64,000 nucleotides of DNA from Candidatus Bathyarchaeota archaeon (GCA_963807605.1 CAWECG010000001.1:352001-416000); one strand, 5' to 3'. Counted from the first letter of the stretch, positions 19,380-30,667 are shown. A program made the numbers and translations. Notes: generated from the sequence alone by a model not told the origin.

Positions 19380-19875
19380 CCATATTTTGTATGTTGCAGT
19401 TTATTGTTTGTTACTTTCTATGCTGCTTACTGCCAGTTTTGTATTAGTTTTAATTGTTTTTTAGGTCAAGTTATGTCTTTCTTTATGTCTTTGTTTGTTT
19501 TGTTCTAAGTTGGTTTGTATTGTTTAGGTTCAAGTTTCCCAGCATGTTTGGTATTGTGGATTTTCCGGTTTTTCCATGTGTTGATTTAGGTTTGAAATAA
19601 GGCATTGTCTATTCCTGTATTGTATGGTAAACCAAAAACCCCGCAAACCATACATAACATAAACCACAGAAACCAGGAACCGGTAAACTTCCAACTATCA
19701 CTGCTATACCATGCTGCTGCTGGTATGTTCTGCGAGCGTAGCGAGCAGTTATTTTGGTGGTGGTGGTGGTGTGTCCCTTGGTGAGAGCATCGTGATTTGA
19801 ACCGTTAGAGCAGACTATTTTTTTGTGTGTGTGTGCCATAGCTGGTGAGCACCACCACCACCACCACCACCAAGG
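19380..19875 (+). repeat. Long non-coding element, fullest copy B
   Basis: T-rich arm, phased AAACCA arm, S-module 19732-19746, tRNA-like site 19779-19803 (-), second core 19843-19849, (ACC)7; homologous to 5515-5900 and inverted 42985-43093. Confidence 0.85.
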
Positions 19876-19939
19876 AAAGGCGCGGAACACTAAGACAAAA
19901 CCCCTCACATCCCGCCTCTAATGGGGAAGCCTTCGTGCT

Positions 19940-20176
19940 TTCAGATCTTTTGCATACTGGAATCTTACTGTATCCGCTGTTCAAGATTGTGTTGAGGATA
20001 CGCGTATGGGCTCAGCGACTGGGATTACGCAAGGCATAGCAACTATGAGTGGAGCAGCAGCACCTACTGTTTCAGGTTTCATGATAACAAATTACGGCTT
20101 TAATTTGGCGTTAATCTTGTCGATAGCTTTGCCTGAGCTGATTTACGTTGCTCTAGCTTGGAAAGCTACACAATGA
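19940..20176 (+). pseudogene. C-terminal fragment of an MFS transporter
   Basis: Frame reads RMGSATGITQGIATMSGAAAPTVSGFMITNYGF..; no start codon. Confidence 0.6.
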
Positions 20177-20189
20177 GTGCGTGTGCGCA

Positions 20190-20858
20190 TTATTCTTTCG
20201 GATACCCAACTGCTTGAGCAAAAACGATTGGTTGATCTTCCCCCAGTTTCAAGCTGTCTTTCAGTGAAGCTCGGTCAATGTTAGCATAGAAGTGGGCGCC
20301 TAGCCCTTCGGAGGCGCAGTACAGGTACACATTCTGGCCGATAAACCCCGTGTGAGCGGCAGAATAAAGCTCCTTCTGGGACTGAGGAATCATTCCAAAT
20401 TTGGCGTAGTCCGCAACAAAGAGTAGATGTACCGGCGCTTCTTTCAAAAATTCCTCATTCGTCGCCTTTGTCCGAAGGTCTTCAGCCAGCACGGGTGTTA
20501 GCTGATTCCCTTTCGCATCATACAGATAAACCCCTTCAGGGAGGAGGACATAAATGTCAATCGCTTGAGTATTCATGGCTGTTGGAGCAGTACGCTTACC
20601 TGAATCCTGACGATTAATACCCCACGCTGCCCATAGCAGATCCAGAAGTTTTTCATTGGACAGTGGTTGCGGTTGAAACGCGTTTGTTGACTTTCTGTTT
20701 CTTAATGCTTCCGATAAGGTAGCAACCTTGGCTACCTGTCCGGAGGGCTGCCCATAGTATTGGTAAGCTTCATATCCAGCAATGGCTACAGCGCCTGCAG
20801 CAACAGCAGCGCCAGCATATTTCAGATACTTGCGACGACTAATCTTACGCTCACTCAA
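20190..20858 (-). CDS. SagB/ThcOx-type nitroreductase with twin-arginine signal
   Basis: SRRKYLK signal; LLWAAWGINR..GKRTAPTA; GQNVYL.C.SEGL. Confidence 0.85.
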   Translation of the reverse strand: MSERKISRRKYLKYAGAAVAAGAVAIAGYEAYQYYGQPSGQVAKVATLSEALRNRKSTNAFQPQPLSNEKLLDLLWAAWGINRQDSGKRTAPTAMNTQAIDIYVLLPEGVYLYDAKGNQLTPVLAEDLRTKATNEEFLKEAPVHLLFVADYAKFGMIPQSQKELYSAAHTGFIGQNVYLYCASEGLGAHFYANIDRASLKDSLKLGEDQPIVFAQAVGYPKE

Positions 20859-21034
20859 TTAACATAACCTCATGTCTGGTTAGTCCATCTCTGGGGCTTA
20901 TTTAGCTTGATTGAATTCTTCTGGTTTCAGCTTAGGATGGGTTCTCTTTTCTATTCTTCCCATGATACTTCTATTTGGGGGGGCTTTCTTCGCTCCCAGT
21001 GGCTAGCGGAGCGTATTCCAGCTTCTTCTCGCCG

Positions 21035-21117
21035 GCGAGCGTAGCGAGCCATTAGATTATGTTGTGTGTGTGTGTGTGTGTGTGTGTGTGCTCACCAAGG
21101 GACACGATGCGCGCGCG
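21035..21117 (+). repeat. S-module, (TG)14, CTCACCA-AGGGACAC site and (GC)n run
   Basis: Read directly from sequence. Confidence 0.9.
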
Positions 21118-21732
21118 TGATAGACCAGATAAAACCACCTTTGAACAAAATGTGCAAACCATGGAATCACAATCACCTTCCCAAATATCGATCGTTGCTA
21201 GCTAAGCTCTTGGAGTCACCAATGCTGGTCGTAGATCAAATGGACAGCAAACAAACCGGACCGGGCGTCTACGTCTTCTATCATCAACAAAGGCCTTCTC
21301 ATTCACATCTTGATCACTGAATCTTGACAACCAAGTCTGAGACATGCGCGTGCATTGCTGAAGCTGGTTCTGAAGGTTTTCTAGTCTCTTCAATTTCTCC
21401 AGCAAATTAGGTCTGCACCTGCAAGGCTGCTCAATCTCACGATGAGTTGCGAATAGACTACAATAATCACAATACATTATCTCAATATCCACACCCTTCA
21501 ATCTCGTAATCTTGTGTGACGGATGAGGATTCATCAAGACAACCTCCGGCGTAACTATCAACTGAGAGATCATAGGGAATAAAAGATAGAGAGAACAGCG
21601 AAAAGCCTCCAGCCAGTTTTCGACCGACTCAACATCAAAAAGGTGATTTCCTAGCTGGACAAGGGGAGAAATCGTCATGCACAAGCTAGACAAGACCACT
21701 GCAAAGCGCAAGATATGACGGATTCAAAAGTT

Positions 21733-21936
21733 CTATAGCGAGGGCGTGTGCGCGTGTCTTTCTGAATGCAATTGTCCACCCGTTGCCCAATTGCTCTTTG
21801 GCGCCTCATAAATGACGATCTCGACTGCTTCCTTGGGAACCCCTAAATCTTCAAAAACTTTAGTTATCCCTTCGACTGTTTTCTTCTTGTTCTCAGGGCG
21901 AATGCCCTCCCAAACAGAAACTTGAACTATTGGCAT
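21733..21936 (-). CDS. 4-oxalocrotonate tautomerase family protein
   Basis: N-terminal MP, NWATGG. Confidence 0.9.
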   Translation of the reverse strand: MPIVQVSVWEGIRPENKKKTVEGITKVFEDLGVPKEAVEIVIYEAPKSNWATGGQLHSERHAHTPSL

Positions 21937-22108
21937 TTCATTTTCACCTAAAATAACACTTTGCTATTTGGCCTAATCAATATGTTCCCTCAATAAAGCG
22001 CACGCGTAGACGGAGAGATCATCATGCACAAACTAGACAAGACCACAGCGAGCGCTCAACAAATATAAGTATGCGAAGTAAAAGCTGTAAAAATAGAAGG
22101 CTGATAGA

Positions 22109-23083
22109 ATGGAAACAAAACGTCCTGAACATGTGCGAACCATTAGTATTGAAGAGCATTTCTTTTCCACAGCGTTCAGTAGCACCATTAATAGTAGCAC
22201 GCCCATTGGATTACCATGGGCGCAGCTGACCGACTTGGGTGCTGGCCGCTTGAAAGACATGGATGCGGGTGGAATCGATCTCCAGGTCGTTTCCCATAAT
22301 GTGTTTTCTTTTGAGGGGGGCGACATCGTGCAGCGTGTTCAGGAAACAAATGATCAACTGGCTGCCGCGGTTAGAAAATATCCGACTCGTTTCGCAGGTT
22401 TTGCCACCCTGCCTATGACCAACCCGGAGGATGCGGCCAATGAACTGGAAAGGACAGTACGCTCGTTTGGATTTAAAGGCGCTATGATTAACGGCATAAC
22501 GAATGGACTTTTTCTAGATGATCCTTCATTCCTGCCTATTTTTGAGCGCGCCATCGCACTAAGCGTACCAATTTACCTGCATCCTGGTTTTCCACCCGCG
22601 CCAGTACGAGAGGTATACTATGCAGGTCCATTTGATCCTAGTGTGAACTTCATCTTATCGAGGCAAGGCTGGGGCTGGCATTCCGAGGTCGGACTGCATG
22701 CACTGCGGCTGATCATATCAGGTATCTTTGACCGCTTGCCAACATTGCAGATCATTATCGGACACATGGGAGAGATGATTCCTTTTATGCTCAGTCGTAT
22801 TGATGATACCCTTACACCAGTCGCTAAGCATCTGAAACACAAGGTATCAGAATACATCCACGGGAATTTTTATATCACGACCAGCGGTTTCTTTACGAAT
22901 CCGCCACTCTTGACTGCTCTACAAACTATAGGCTCCGATCGCATAATCTTCTCAGTTGATTATCCTTATAGCTCCAATGAGCAAGGGCGAGCGTTCCTGG
23001 ATAATGCTCCAATCAGTCCGGACGATAAGGCGAAAATCAGTCATCTCAATGCAGAGCGACTTCTGGGGCTCGCGAGAGAATAA
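22109..23083 (+). CDS. Amidohydrolase-2 family (aromatic decarboxylase/ACMSD-like)
   Basis: EEH, IYLHP, GHMGE, SVDYPY. Confidence 0.9.
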   Translation: METKRPEHVRTISIEEHFFSTAFSSTINSSTPIGLPWAQLTDLGAGRLKDMDAGGIDLQVVSHNVFSFEGGDIVQRVQETNDQLAAAVRKYPTRFAGFATLPMTNPEDAANELERTVRSFGFKGAMINGITNGLFLDDPSFLPIFERAIALSVPIYLHPGFPPAPVREVYYAGPFDPSVNFILSRQGWGWHSEVGLHALRLIISGIFDRLPTLQIIIGHMGEMIPFMLSRIDDTLTPVAKHLKHKVSEYIHGNFYITTSGFFTNPPLLTALQTIGSDRIIFSVDYPYSSNEQGRAFLDNAPISPDDKAKISHLNAERLLGLARE

Positions 23084-23228
23084 TTGGACCAACGTGAGGA
23101 TTCGAACAGCGCGCGCTAGCCGTATTGGGCGCTGACGCCCGCGGGACAGAAGGAGTAGGCGTTCACCCTATGAAGAATATTCTTCTGAACCCTGACAGCG
23201 CGCGCTCACCCATTTTTATTCTCTATCT

Positions 23229-23879
23229 TTAAGGCCCACCTGTGAAATATGCCATGACAGTGTGATCATAGTTCATCACGATTGTAACCGAGGCAGAGGG
23301 GGCGTAATTAACACCGTCAATAGTCCAGTAGCTTAAGGCATAGCCGTTATTGGGGTAGGCGGTTACCGTCACAACTGATCCAGCAGAATACGAGTAAGTC
23401 CCAATTGATGGAGAGGTAACACCCTGTCCGCTAGTGTATATCGTAAGCTGAGCCGTTACCATTAAGCCGTTGTTATAGAGGTTCCAATTGTAAGGGTGAT
23501 GAGTAACGCGCGTGCGCGCTAAACTGGGGGTAGCCCCGCCAATTGTTGCTTGGGCCTGCGTCGGAGTCGTTATCACGTTCCAAGACTTGGTCCCGCTCAA
23601 AGACTTGGTTCCGCTCCAATGTGTGGGTGCGGAGAAGTTTCCATGCGTGGGATAGGTCGTGTTAAGGATTCTACCCTCGTTTGGTTTCGTTTTATCTGGC
23701 GCTGCATTTACTGTCGCTACAAGTGTGGCGCTCGTCGCTAGCGCCGAACCTATAACTACTACGATCATCACTGCTACCGTAAGTGGGGCGATCTTAATTT
23801 TTGCTCTCATTTTTCCCACCATACTGTAATAATAATGGATATCTAGGTATGTGGGTTGTGGAACTTTGTGAGTGAACAA
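23229..23879 (-). CDS. Secreted protein with C-terminal InlB B-repeat-like domain, copy 1 (true start probably ~23810-23822)
   Basis: Signal peptide; VTVTAYP..GY.LSYW; paralogue of 55445-56173. Confidence 0.7.
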   Translation of the reverse strand: MFTHKVPQPTYLDIHYYYSMVGKMRAKIKIAPLTVAVMIVVVIGSALATSATLVATVNAAPDKTKPNEGRILNTTYPTHGNFSAPTHWSGTKSLSGTKSWNVITTPTQAQATIGGATPSLARTRVTHHPYNWNLYNNGLMVTAQLTIYTSGQGVTSPSIGTYSYSAGSVVTVTAYPNNGYALSYWTIDGVNYAPSASVTIVMNYDHTVMAYFTGGP

Positions 23880-23980
23880 TGTTAACTTACTAGTTATGTA
23901 AGAGTGCGCGCGTCCACAAAGAACCGGCGTCTCCTAGACTTCTTATGGGTCTTTCCGGTATCCTTTCGATCTTCTTGATT

Positions 23981-24036
23981 GTGTGTGCCTTAGCTGGTGA
24001 GCACACACACTAAAACGACTGGCTCGCTACACTCGC
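23981..24036 (-). repeat. CTCACCA site plus S-module at the end of a duplicated segment
   Basis: GTGTGTGCCTTAGCTGGTGAGCACACACAC..GGCTCGCTACACTCGC. Confidence 0.9.
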
Positions 24037-24090
24037 CGTCGATACTCAGACAAAGAACAGACTCTGAAGTTTTTCTAATAAGCCCCAAGC

Positions 24091-25606
24091 TTATCCAGTT
24101 TGTTTTGTGCCACATTGACTGCAGAATTCAGAGCCAGGAGATAATTCGGCTCCACACTTGACGCAGGAAGTGGGAACTTCTACAAACTGCTGACTTAGCG
24201 TCGCTTGTTTGGGTCTATGCGTGATTCTTGATTCTCGTCTCCGAAGGAAAACCAAAACGACAACAGCAGCTACAACTACTCCCACGATTCCATAAATGTA
24301 TAAGTTGTCAATCACGAACCCCCCAATCGCTACGGCAGGAACATCCTCTCCGTTAGCGATTGCTTCTTGTGACAGTTTGATGTACCTGTCCGCGTAAGGG
24401 CTGCCAGGATACAGTGTCTGGACCTCTTGAAATTGCTGGATCGCTAGTGAGTAGTGCTGATTCCAGTAGTAATTGAGCCCCTGCGCCCAGTAAGTATCTA
24501 TTGGTCCTCTGGTATTCTGCACGTTTACCTGGCTCATGAAGATTTTTGCAACATTTATTGGTATTAAAAAGTTCACGTTGCTCAGTTCGCCCCCTCCCAC
24601 AGGGTTTCCCGTTCCAAGGGTAGCTATTCCGATAACGTTTCCTTGAGCGTCGATTACCGGTCCGCCGCTGTTCCCATGATGGATTGATGCGTCAGTCTGA
24701 ATGAAGGTGATTTGGCCCTGACTCGTCTGGGCTGGCTTCAATGCGCTGACGGTTCCCTGAGTTATCGTCGGTTCAAGGCTCTCCAGCGAATTTCCTGAAG
24801 ATTGGGCTTGAGACACTATGCCGGGGTATCCGATGACCACTAATGGTTCTCCAACTTGGACTGTTTCCGAGTCTCCGAGACGTATAGTCGGCAAGCTGTA
24901 ATCTACATTTACCTTGATAATGGCTACATCCATCGCACCGACTTGGCCGTTGGTTACTACATTCGCGATAGCTGCATTAGCTACGATCTTTGTAATGGGC
25001 CCGTTGGATTGGGAAAGCGGGAACACGACAGCGTCGAGCACCTGCTCGTTGGTGAATTTCCCATTTGTAAGAAAGTACTGTTCAAAGGCTGCTTCAATGT
25101 TGTTGTACTGGTCTTGAGTAATCTGCCCGTTCGTCACAAGAGACTGGTAATTCTGGGCACATTGTTGGGCGAGAGAACTTATGTACTCTGCCTGGCTTTC
25201 TTGGGAGGTTGCAACATGGGCGTTTGTTACTATGTAACCGTCTGGCGTGACTATGAAGCCTGACCCCCAGGCCCCCCGTTTGAGACTGGGAGGTTAAATA
25301 CTTCAGCTGGTGAATATGGTTTCACAACATAATTACCCTGGCTGTCCGTACTGAGGGCGGTGTCATATTTGGGACCTGTGAAGTTGGCTGTATACTGATT
25401 GTAGATTAGGACCACAGCCGGTTCGTTCAGATTGGCAATCATCTCCGTGGTCGTAGGCTCGGAGCGGTTTTGGGCAGAGACTTGCCCGACCGCTGAGAAA
25501 TACGTGAGCGTTAAACCCAGCAGTACTATTAATGCAACTTTCAGTCTTAGCGTATCGAGACGATCCTTTGAAGATTTAGTTTGATATTTGTACTTAACCT
25601 TCCCAT
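24091..25606 (-). pseudogene. Trypsin-like (S1C) serine protease with TM helix and zinc ribbon, frameshifted
   Basis: SGFIVTPDGYIVTNAHV, DVAII, GNSGGP; frameshifts near 25265 and near the start. Confidence 0.8.
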
Positions 25607-25870
25607 GAAATTAGTATTATGTTTTATCCCCAACATCTTTCAGTATGTTTAGGTCTTTGAAGTATACGTCAGCTGGGTAGAGATAACCTACCCCTTGGCG
25701 TGGTCGCTGGTAGTTCCAGTAGTTCACGAACTGTTGATGGGTCGGATACATCCAGGCTTCGTATTGGTAGGCTTTGGAAGGCTTCTATCTTTCCTATGGT
25801 TGATGGCGCGCGCGTAAAGACTATAATACGCGTCAAGGGCGAATCACAGCCACAAGGAAGTAAAAGCAAG

Positions 25871-26712
25871 ATGAACTGGAAAATCCATGTCTTGTATTTA
25901 GGAGAGCTAACCACTCCTAAAGGGCTTTTCACACCAGGCCTCGACGCGAACCTACTTCTTAAAGTGCCATACCTTGGATATCTACTAGTTTCCGGGTCGA
26001 GAAAGAATTCCTTGTGGACACCGGTATCAACTCGCGTTTCGTCATCGAAAAAGCATGGGCCGGAGCTCCTGCAAAAGGGGGAGAGAAATTTCTCCTCGAT
26101 GCATTGGAGAAAAATGTTGCCCGCACTGAAGAGATCGAGGCAGTAATCTACACTCATCTACACAACGATCATGCGGGGAACTGCCATCTCTTCCCTATGG
26201 CCCGACATGTTTTTCATTACGACGAATGGGGTGAATTAGTAGACCCACTTCCCTCGATGCGGATCCGAAAACTCTTCGACCCCGACGTCATTCCTGTTCT
26301 TCAAAAATCTCGCTGCCTCAAAATAACTGATGACGGCGAGTTTACAGAAGGTATTCGACTTTACCACACCCCCGGTCACACCATCGGGGGACTGACCGTA
26401 GCAGTGGATACTTCCAATGGGACATACATCATCCCCGGAGATATCGTGAATATCTATCAGAATCTCTTCCCCAAAATGTCGTGGATGTTAGATCTTCAAG
26501 CAAAACGCATCAAGACAACACCCGCTCCAGAACCTTACGGCCCATTAGGCGTCCCCTCTGGGCTTGTGTACGATCACTATGCATGGTATCGGAGTATCTG
26601 GAAAATCCGCGGTATGCTCAAAAGCCCAAAGCACCTGTTGCCCTGCCACGAACCCGCAATATCAGGCAAAACCTTCCCAGGCGATTCAATAGACCTCGAG
26701 ATTCCTGAATGA
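25871..26712 (+). pseudogene. MBL-fold hydrolase (AHL lactonase-like), frameshift near 26005
   Basis: MNWKIHVL..PYLGYLL then VDTG, THLHNDHAG, TPGHT. Confidence 0.8.
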
Positions 26713-26856
26713 GAGAAAACATAGGGAGCGCTGAATTAATCATCAACACGATCAGTTTCAAGATTCCATATCGTTTGAAGCCTGAAGATCTATGGTGCAT
26801 TTGAATTAGCTTCTGCGTGAGAGCAGCGCGCGCTACGCTAAGAAATAGTGGAATCA

Positions 26857-26877
26857 GTCCCTTGGTGGGCACACACC
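26857..26877 (-). repeat. Degenerate CTCACCA site
   Basis: GTCCCTTGGTGGGCACACAC. Confidence 0.7.
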
Positions 26878-26957
26878 AACTAATCCAATCTGTCGCTAGT
26901 GCTTATTACGCGCACAAGTTTGTTCTCACCGACATGGCAGCAAAGACACGAATACTC

Positions 26958-27833
26958 TCATAGGCCATCAGAACGCCCACCGTTTAATGGGATTACTGAG
27001 CCATTCATGTATGATGATTCTTCGCTGCATAAGAATAATATGACATTGGCAACATCTTTCGGCTTACCAATTCCTAGTGGGATGCGTGATTCATAGTACT
27101 TCATCCATTTTCCATCATCTTTGAGGCGCAAATCATCATTCATAGGGGTATCAATTATAGTAGGCATCACCACATGTGTTTTTACGTTGTATTGAATCAG
27201 TTCTTTCGCAGCGGTCTTAGCCATTCCTATAACTCCTGCTTTTGATGCGCTGTATGCAATTTGACCTATATTTCCCTCGGCAGCTGTACTGCTAATACAG
27301 ATAATGCGTTTGTCAGGAAATGTTCGCGGAGGCGGAACTGGTTTTCCACTAGCCTTTGAGGTTTTTATCTGAGCGTCAGGCTCCTTGATCCACTTCTTCA
27401 CACACGTTTGCATGAACAAGAAGAGACCTTTAAGATTTGTATCGACCACATCACCAAAAGTCTCTTCCGAAATCTTGGCAATCATACCATCCTTCCTGAT
27501 GCCAGCACAGGCGACAAGATAATCAAGGTCACCAAACCTATCAAATACCTTATCCACACAAGCTTCAACATCGTCTTTTTTCCTTACGTCACCAGTAAAT
27601 GCGATGCATTCGCTGCAGTGTTTTTTTATTTCTCTGCGGGCTGATTCAACAGTTTCACCATTTACATCAAATATGGCAACTTTCGCTCCTCTCATCGCAA
27701 ACTGGATAGCTGTCTCTTTTCCTATGCCGCTGGCCCCACCTGTGATTAGAACAACTTTATTCTCAAAGCCCATTGGTTTGGCCTCCCGTCTTAATGCATC
27801 GATTGAAGTATGCTTATCCGTATTTATTATCAC
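26958..27833 (-). CDS. Short-chain dehydrogenase/reductase, FabG-like (likely start MGFEN ~27773)
   Basis: TGGASGIG, YSASK. Confidence 0.9.
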   Translation of the reverse strand: MIINTDKHTSIDALRREAKPMGFENKVVLITGGASGIGKETAIQFAMRGAKVAIFDVNGETVESARREIKKHCSECIAFTGDVRKKDDVEACVDKVFDRFGDLDYLVACAGIRKDGMIAKISEETFGDVVDTNLKGLFLFMQTCVKKWIKEPDAQIKTSKASGKPVPPPRTFPDKRIICISSTAAEGNIGQIAYSASKAGVIGMAKTAAKELIQYNVKTHVVMPTIIDTPMNDDLRLKDDGKWMKYYESRIPLGIGKPKDVANVILFLCSEESSYMNGSVIPLNGGRSDGL

Positions 27834-27880
27834 TCTTTCACTCGTCTCTCTCGTTTATGCTGGAAGGATGCTGTTCTTCA

Positions 27881-27905
27881 GTGTTTGTCCCATAGCTGGT
27901 GCGAC
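27881..27905 (-). repeat. Degenerate CTCACCA-family site
   Basis: GTGTTTGTCCCATAGCTGGTGCG. Confidence 0.55.
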
Positions 27906-28134
27906 TAGAAACTTTCAGGTAAATGTTTACGATTTCAAGAAGAAATACTATGGGAGAACTGCAAGGCCCTAGAAGTTAGTTTGACGAACTATCCCACTGT
28001 GTTATGAATCACCAGAAGCAAACCAAGGAATCGCACATCTAATCTCATAATGTAGAGAGGAGAGAGGGGTTTCAGGAGATTCTTCCCTGACATGCATGAG
28101 AGGGATACCTGAGCAGGATAGGGATAGGATATTC

Positions 28135-28185
28135 TGTGTGTGTGCCTTATCTGGTGAGAGCATCCGGATTTGAACCTTTAGAGCA
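28135..28185 (-). repeat. tRNA-3'-like site (28152-28176) with GGCACACACAC arm
   Basis: Minus strand reads GGTTCAAATCCGGATGCTCTCACCA-GATAAGGCACACACAC. Confidence 0.9.
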
Positions 28186-28472
28186 GGTTAATTTTCTTGT
28201 GATGCTGGAAAATAGCGCGCTCTACACCGGCCATTAAGATGGTTTTGAAGAAGCGAGGTCATCGGACTTACCCATACATGTTCTCGCTTCTCAGATTCTT
28301 AGCGCGTCGCTATGTTTTCATCGCCTTTAAGGGCTCAGGGCAAGCGTAAATCATGTCTTACAGATATTGTGTGAGTCAGCCCGCGCTGCACAAGGGATAA
28401 ATGATTGCGGGAACCTTTTGGATTTGACTAGAAAGCGCGCGTCGAGACCGTGACTTCGCTAATAGGAGGTTT

Positions 28473-29123
28473 GTGATGGAAGTTCTTGAGGCAATTAAAA
28501 AGAGAAGAACAATACGAGCGTTCACGAAAAGAGCTACCGAAGAGCAAGTGCGAAGGTTGCTACTTGCTGGTGTGCAAGCACCCTCCGGTTCGAATGTTCA
28601 GCCCTGGGAATTTATAATCATTGATGATCCCACGATTATTGAACAAATCGCGGAGGCTAAATATCAACAGACTCTAAAAATGGATATTGACGATGCGGTA
28701 CTCGAAAACCCGGCTGCCATTGAACAGATTCATCAGCAGTCTCTCAAGACTCCTCTTTCGCTAGTTAGAGCAACAAGACAGAAAAACGCTTATCAAAACT
28801 GTGCAGTGATCGCGGTCTGCAACAAAAAGGGGCACGGTATCGGACGAAAACCCTGGATGAATGTTGAGAATATAGCCAGCACGTGGATGTGCATCCAGAA
28901 TATCGCTTTGGCAGCAACCGCTGAGGGATTGGGTGTTCAGATTTCTATTCTTCGCGAGGAACACCAGATAGCCGTGGAAAAGCTCTTGGGCATCCCTGAT
29001 GACCACGAACTGGCCACTATGATAATGATAGGCGTGCCGGCAGGAATCCCCAACCGAAGAGAGTTTGGAGCGGATCGGCCGGAGTTTAGCTGGCTTCACC
29101 GGAATCGCTTCAGCACAGATTAA
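28473..29123 (+). CDS. Nitroreductase family protein
   Basis: RRTIRAF, APSGSNVQPW, QNIALAATAEGLG. Confidence 0.9.
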   Translation: MMEVLEAIKKRRTIRAFTKRATEEQVRRLLLAGVQAPSGSNVQPWEFIIIDDPTIIEQIAEAKYQQTLKMDIDDAVLENPAAIEQIHQQSLKTPLSLVRATRQKNAYQNCAVIAVCNKKGHGIGRKPWMNVENIASTWMCIQNIALAATAEGLGVQISILREEHQIAVEKLLGIPDDHELATMIMIGVPAGIPNRREFGADRPEFSWLHRNRFSTD

Positions 29124-29541
29124 AGTTTACCTGCGTCAATGGTTTAGGTGAAAATCTGACGGCATGCTTGACGCAGTATTTCTTAAGCTCTCTACCATTA
29201 AGCCTGTTTTCAAACCTGTTCAGCTTAACCCACAGGTGATTCAAAGTTTCAAGCCGGAAGTGCTTTCTTGAGAAATTCCAGATTTTCCCCCTAAACATCA
29301 TTTTCCTGTAGAACGCCCGGATCTCTGAAGTCTGCACTTCCAGCTCAGACCATCATGGATCCTTCCTCGAATAAGAAACAGAGAGGAGAATGAATGTCCA
29401 GAGAGGGAAAAGTGTACGTCTACTCTCAGCTGGCGGTTTGACGGTCAAAACTGCTGGATGCTAGGTGTTCAAGCGGCCATTCTTAGGGCATTTGCAAATC
29501 GAGGATGTCGGCGAGGTTGTAATGCCAACAAGTAAGCGCGC

Positions 29542-30667
29542 TAGCCTCTTGCAATATTCTTGGGCTTAACATGAAGATGTATACGTGTTTTTGATCATAA
29601 GATCGATGAGCTTTACACCCACTCATGCCGTTTCTGGTGAAAAAGAAGTGAGCGAGTGTAAGGCTCTGTATGATCTGTTTCAGGCTTTGGATTTAACGTT
29701 TGTAGAACAAGTCTTAGAAAGAAGCTATGGAAGAAGAAGCAGCGTCGGCAGACCCCATAGAAATTTACTTGGAATGTTCAAAGCAGAGCTTGTCAAACGG
29801 CTAAGACACATAGAAAGCTACGAGGAACTATACCGACTTCTATGGAGCGACGGTGAACTCTGCAAACTCTGCGACATCAAGGAATCAGAGAATCCATATC
29901 ACCCATCAATACTTCTGAGGTTTCGACGTAGAATAGGCCCTCAAGGATTTCACCGCCTCATGAACCGTCTGATCAAACAGCTTGACCACATGGACATTCT
30001 GGACTCTGAAATCCTAGCGTTAGACGTCACATTCATCAAAGCTTACAGTCGAAGAGATCCTCACAATACCCAGTGTGGATTATCCGATTCTGAAGCCAGA
30101 TTACGAAAACAAGGTAGAAACGTGATCTTAGGCTACGGCATACACCTTGCTGTAGACACCATCAGCGAGATGCCGCGGGCAGTCACCATAGAACCTGCAA
30201 ATGTAAATGAGAAAAAAGTTGCACCCCACCTCCTCCATAAAGCATTGAAGAAGAAACATAGGTGGAAGAGCATGACTGCAGACTCACAATACTCCAGCGA
30301 AGCTTTCAGAGACAAGGCAAGATCTATGGGCATAGAACCAATCATACCTTACCCTAGAAACCAGATGAAGGGCAAACAGGTTCTACGAATCGACCGGAAG
30401 TTCCGCTCACACGGACCTGCCCGTCTGAAACAACTGTATAAACGTCGATCCTCAGTGGAGAGAACATTCTCAAGACTCAAGACACACTTCGGATTGTCTC
30501 AGCTTCGAACACGCGGCCTAAGAAACGTCATATCACATGTACTTCTCTGTCTGCTGGCTCTACTGGCAACTGCCTTATCCGCGATCAAGCACGGACACAT
30601 CGATAAAATGCGGTCACCAATCCAGTTCACAAAATTAACACAGAAAATATAATATTGCAAGAAGCTC
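29542..30667 (+). mobile_element. Insertion sequence, IS5/IS1182-like, 1126 bp, copy 2
   Basis: Same TIRs; flanks GCGCGC and ACGCGC. Confidence 0.92.
29585..30652 (+). CDS. DDE transposase
   Basis: Protein identical to 7536-8603. Confidence 0.92.
   Translation: MFLIIRSMSFTPTHAVSGEKEVSECKALYDLFQALDLTFVEQVLERSYGRRSSVGRPHRNLLGMFKAELVKRLRHIESYEELYRLLWSDGELCKLCDIKESENPYHPSILLRFRRRIGPQGFHRLMNRLIKQLDHMDILDSEILALDVTFIKAYSRRDPHNTQCGLSDSEARLRKQGRNVILGYGIHLAVDTISEMPRAVTIEPANVNEKKVAPHLLHKALKKKHRWKSMTADSQYSSEAFRDKARSMGIEPIIPYPRNQMKGKQVLRIDRKFRSHGPARLKQLYKRRSSVERTFSRLKTHFGLSQLRTRGLRNVISHVLLCLLALLATALSAIKHGHIDKMRSPIQFTKLTQKI

Noticed and set aside
19609-21320. ORFs with WWWWWW, TTTTTTT or MCVCVCV (also HTHTHT at 42900)
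   Set aside because: These are translations of the microsatellite arms, not proteins.
28100-28260. Intact tRNA gene at the best tRNA-like site
   Set aside because: No complementary 5' acceptor strand, D-arm or anticodon arm upstream; T-stem pairs only 2-3 bp.
29110-29337. Primase small-subunit fragment
   Set aside because: Only a vague resemblance and no catalytic motifs.
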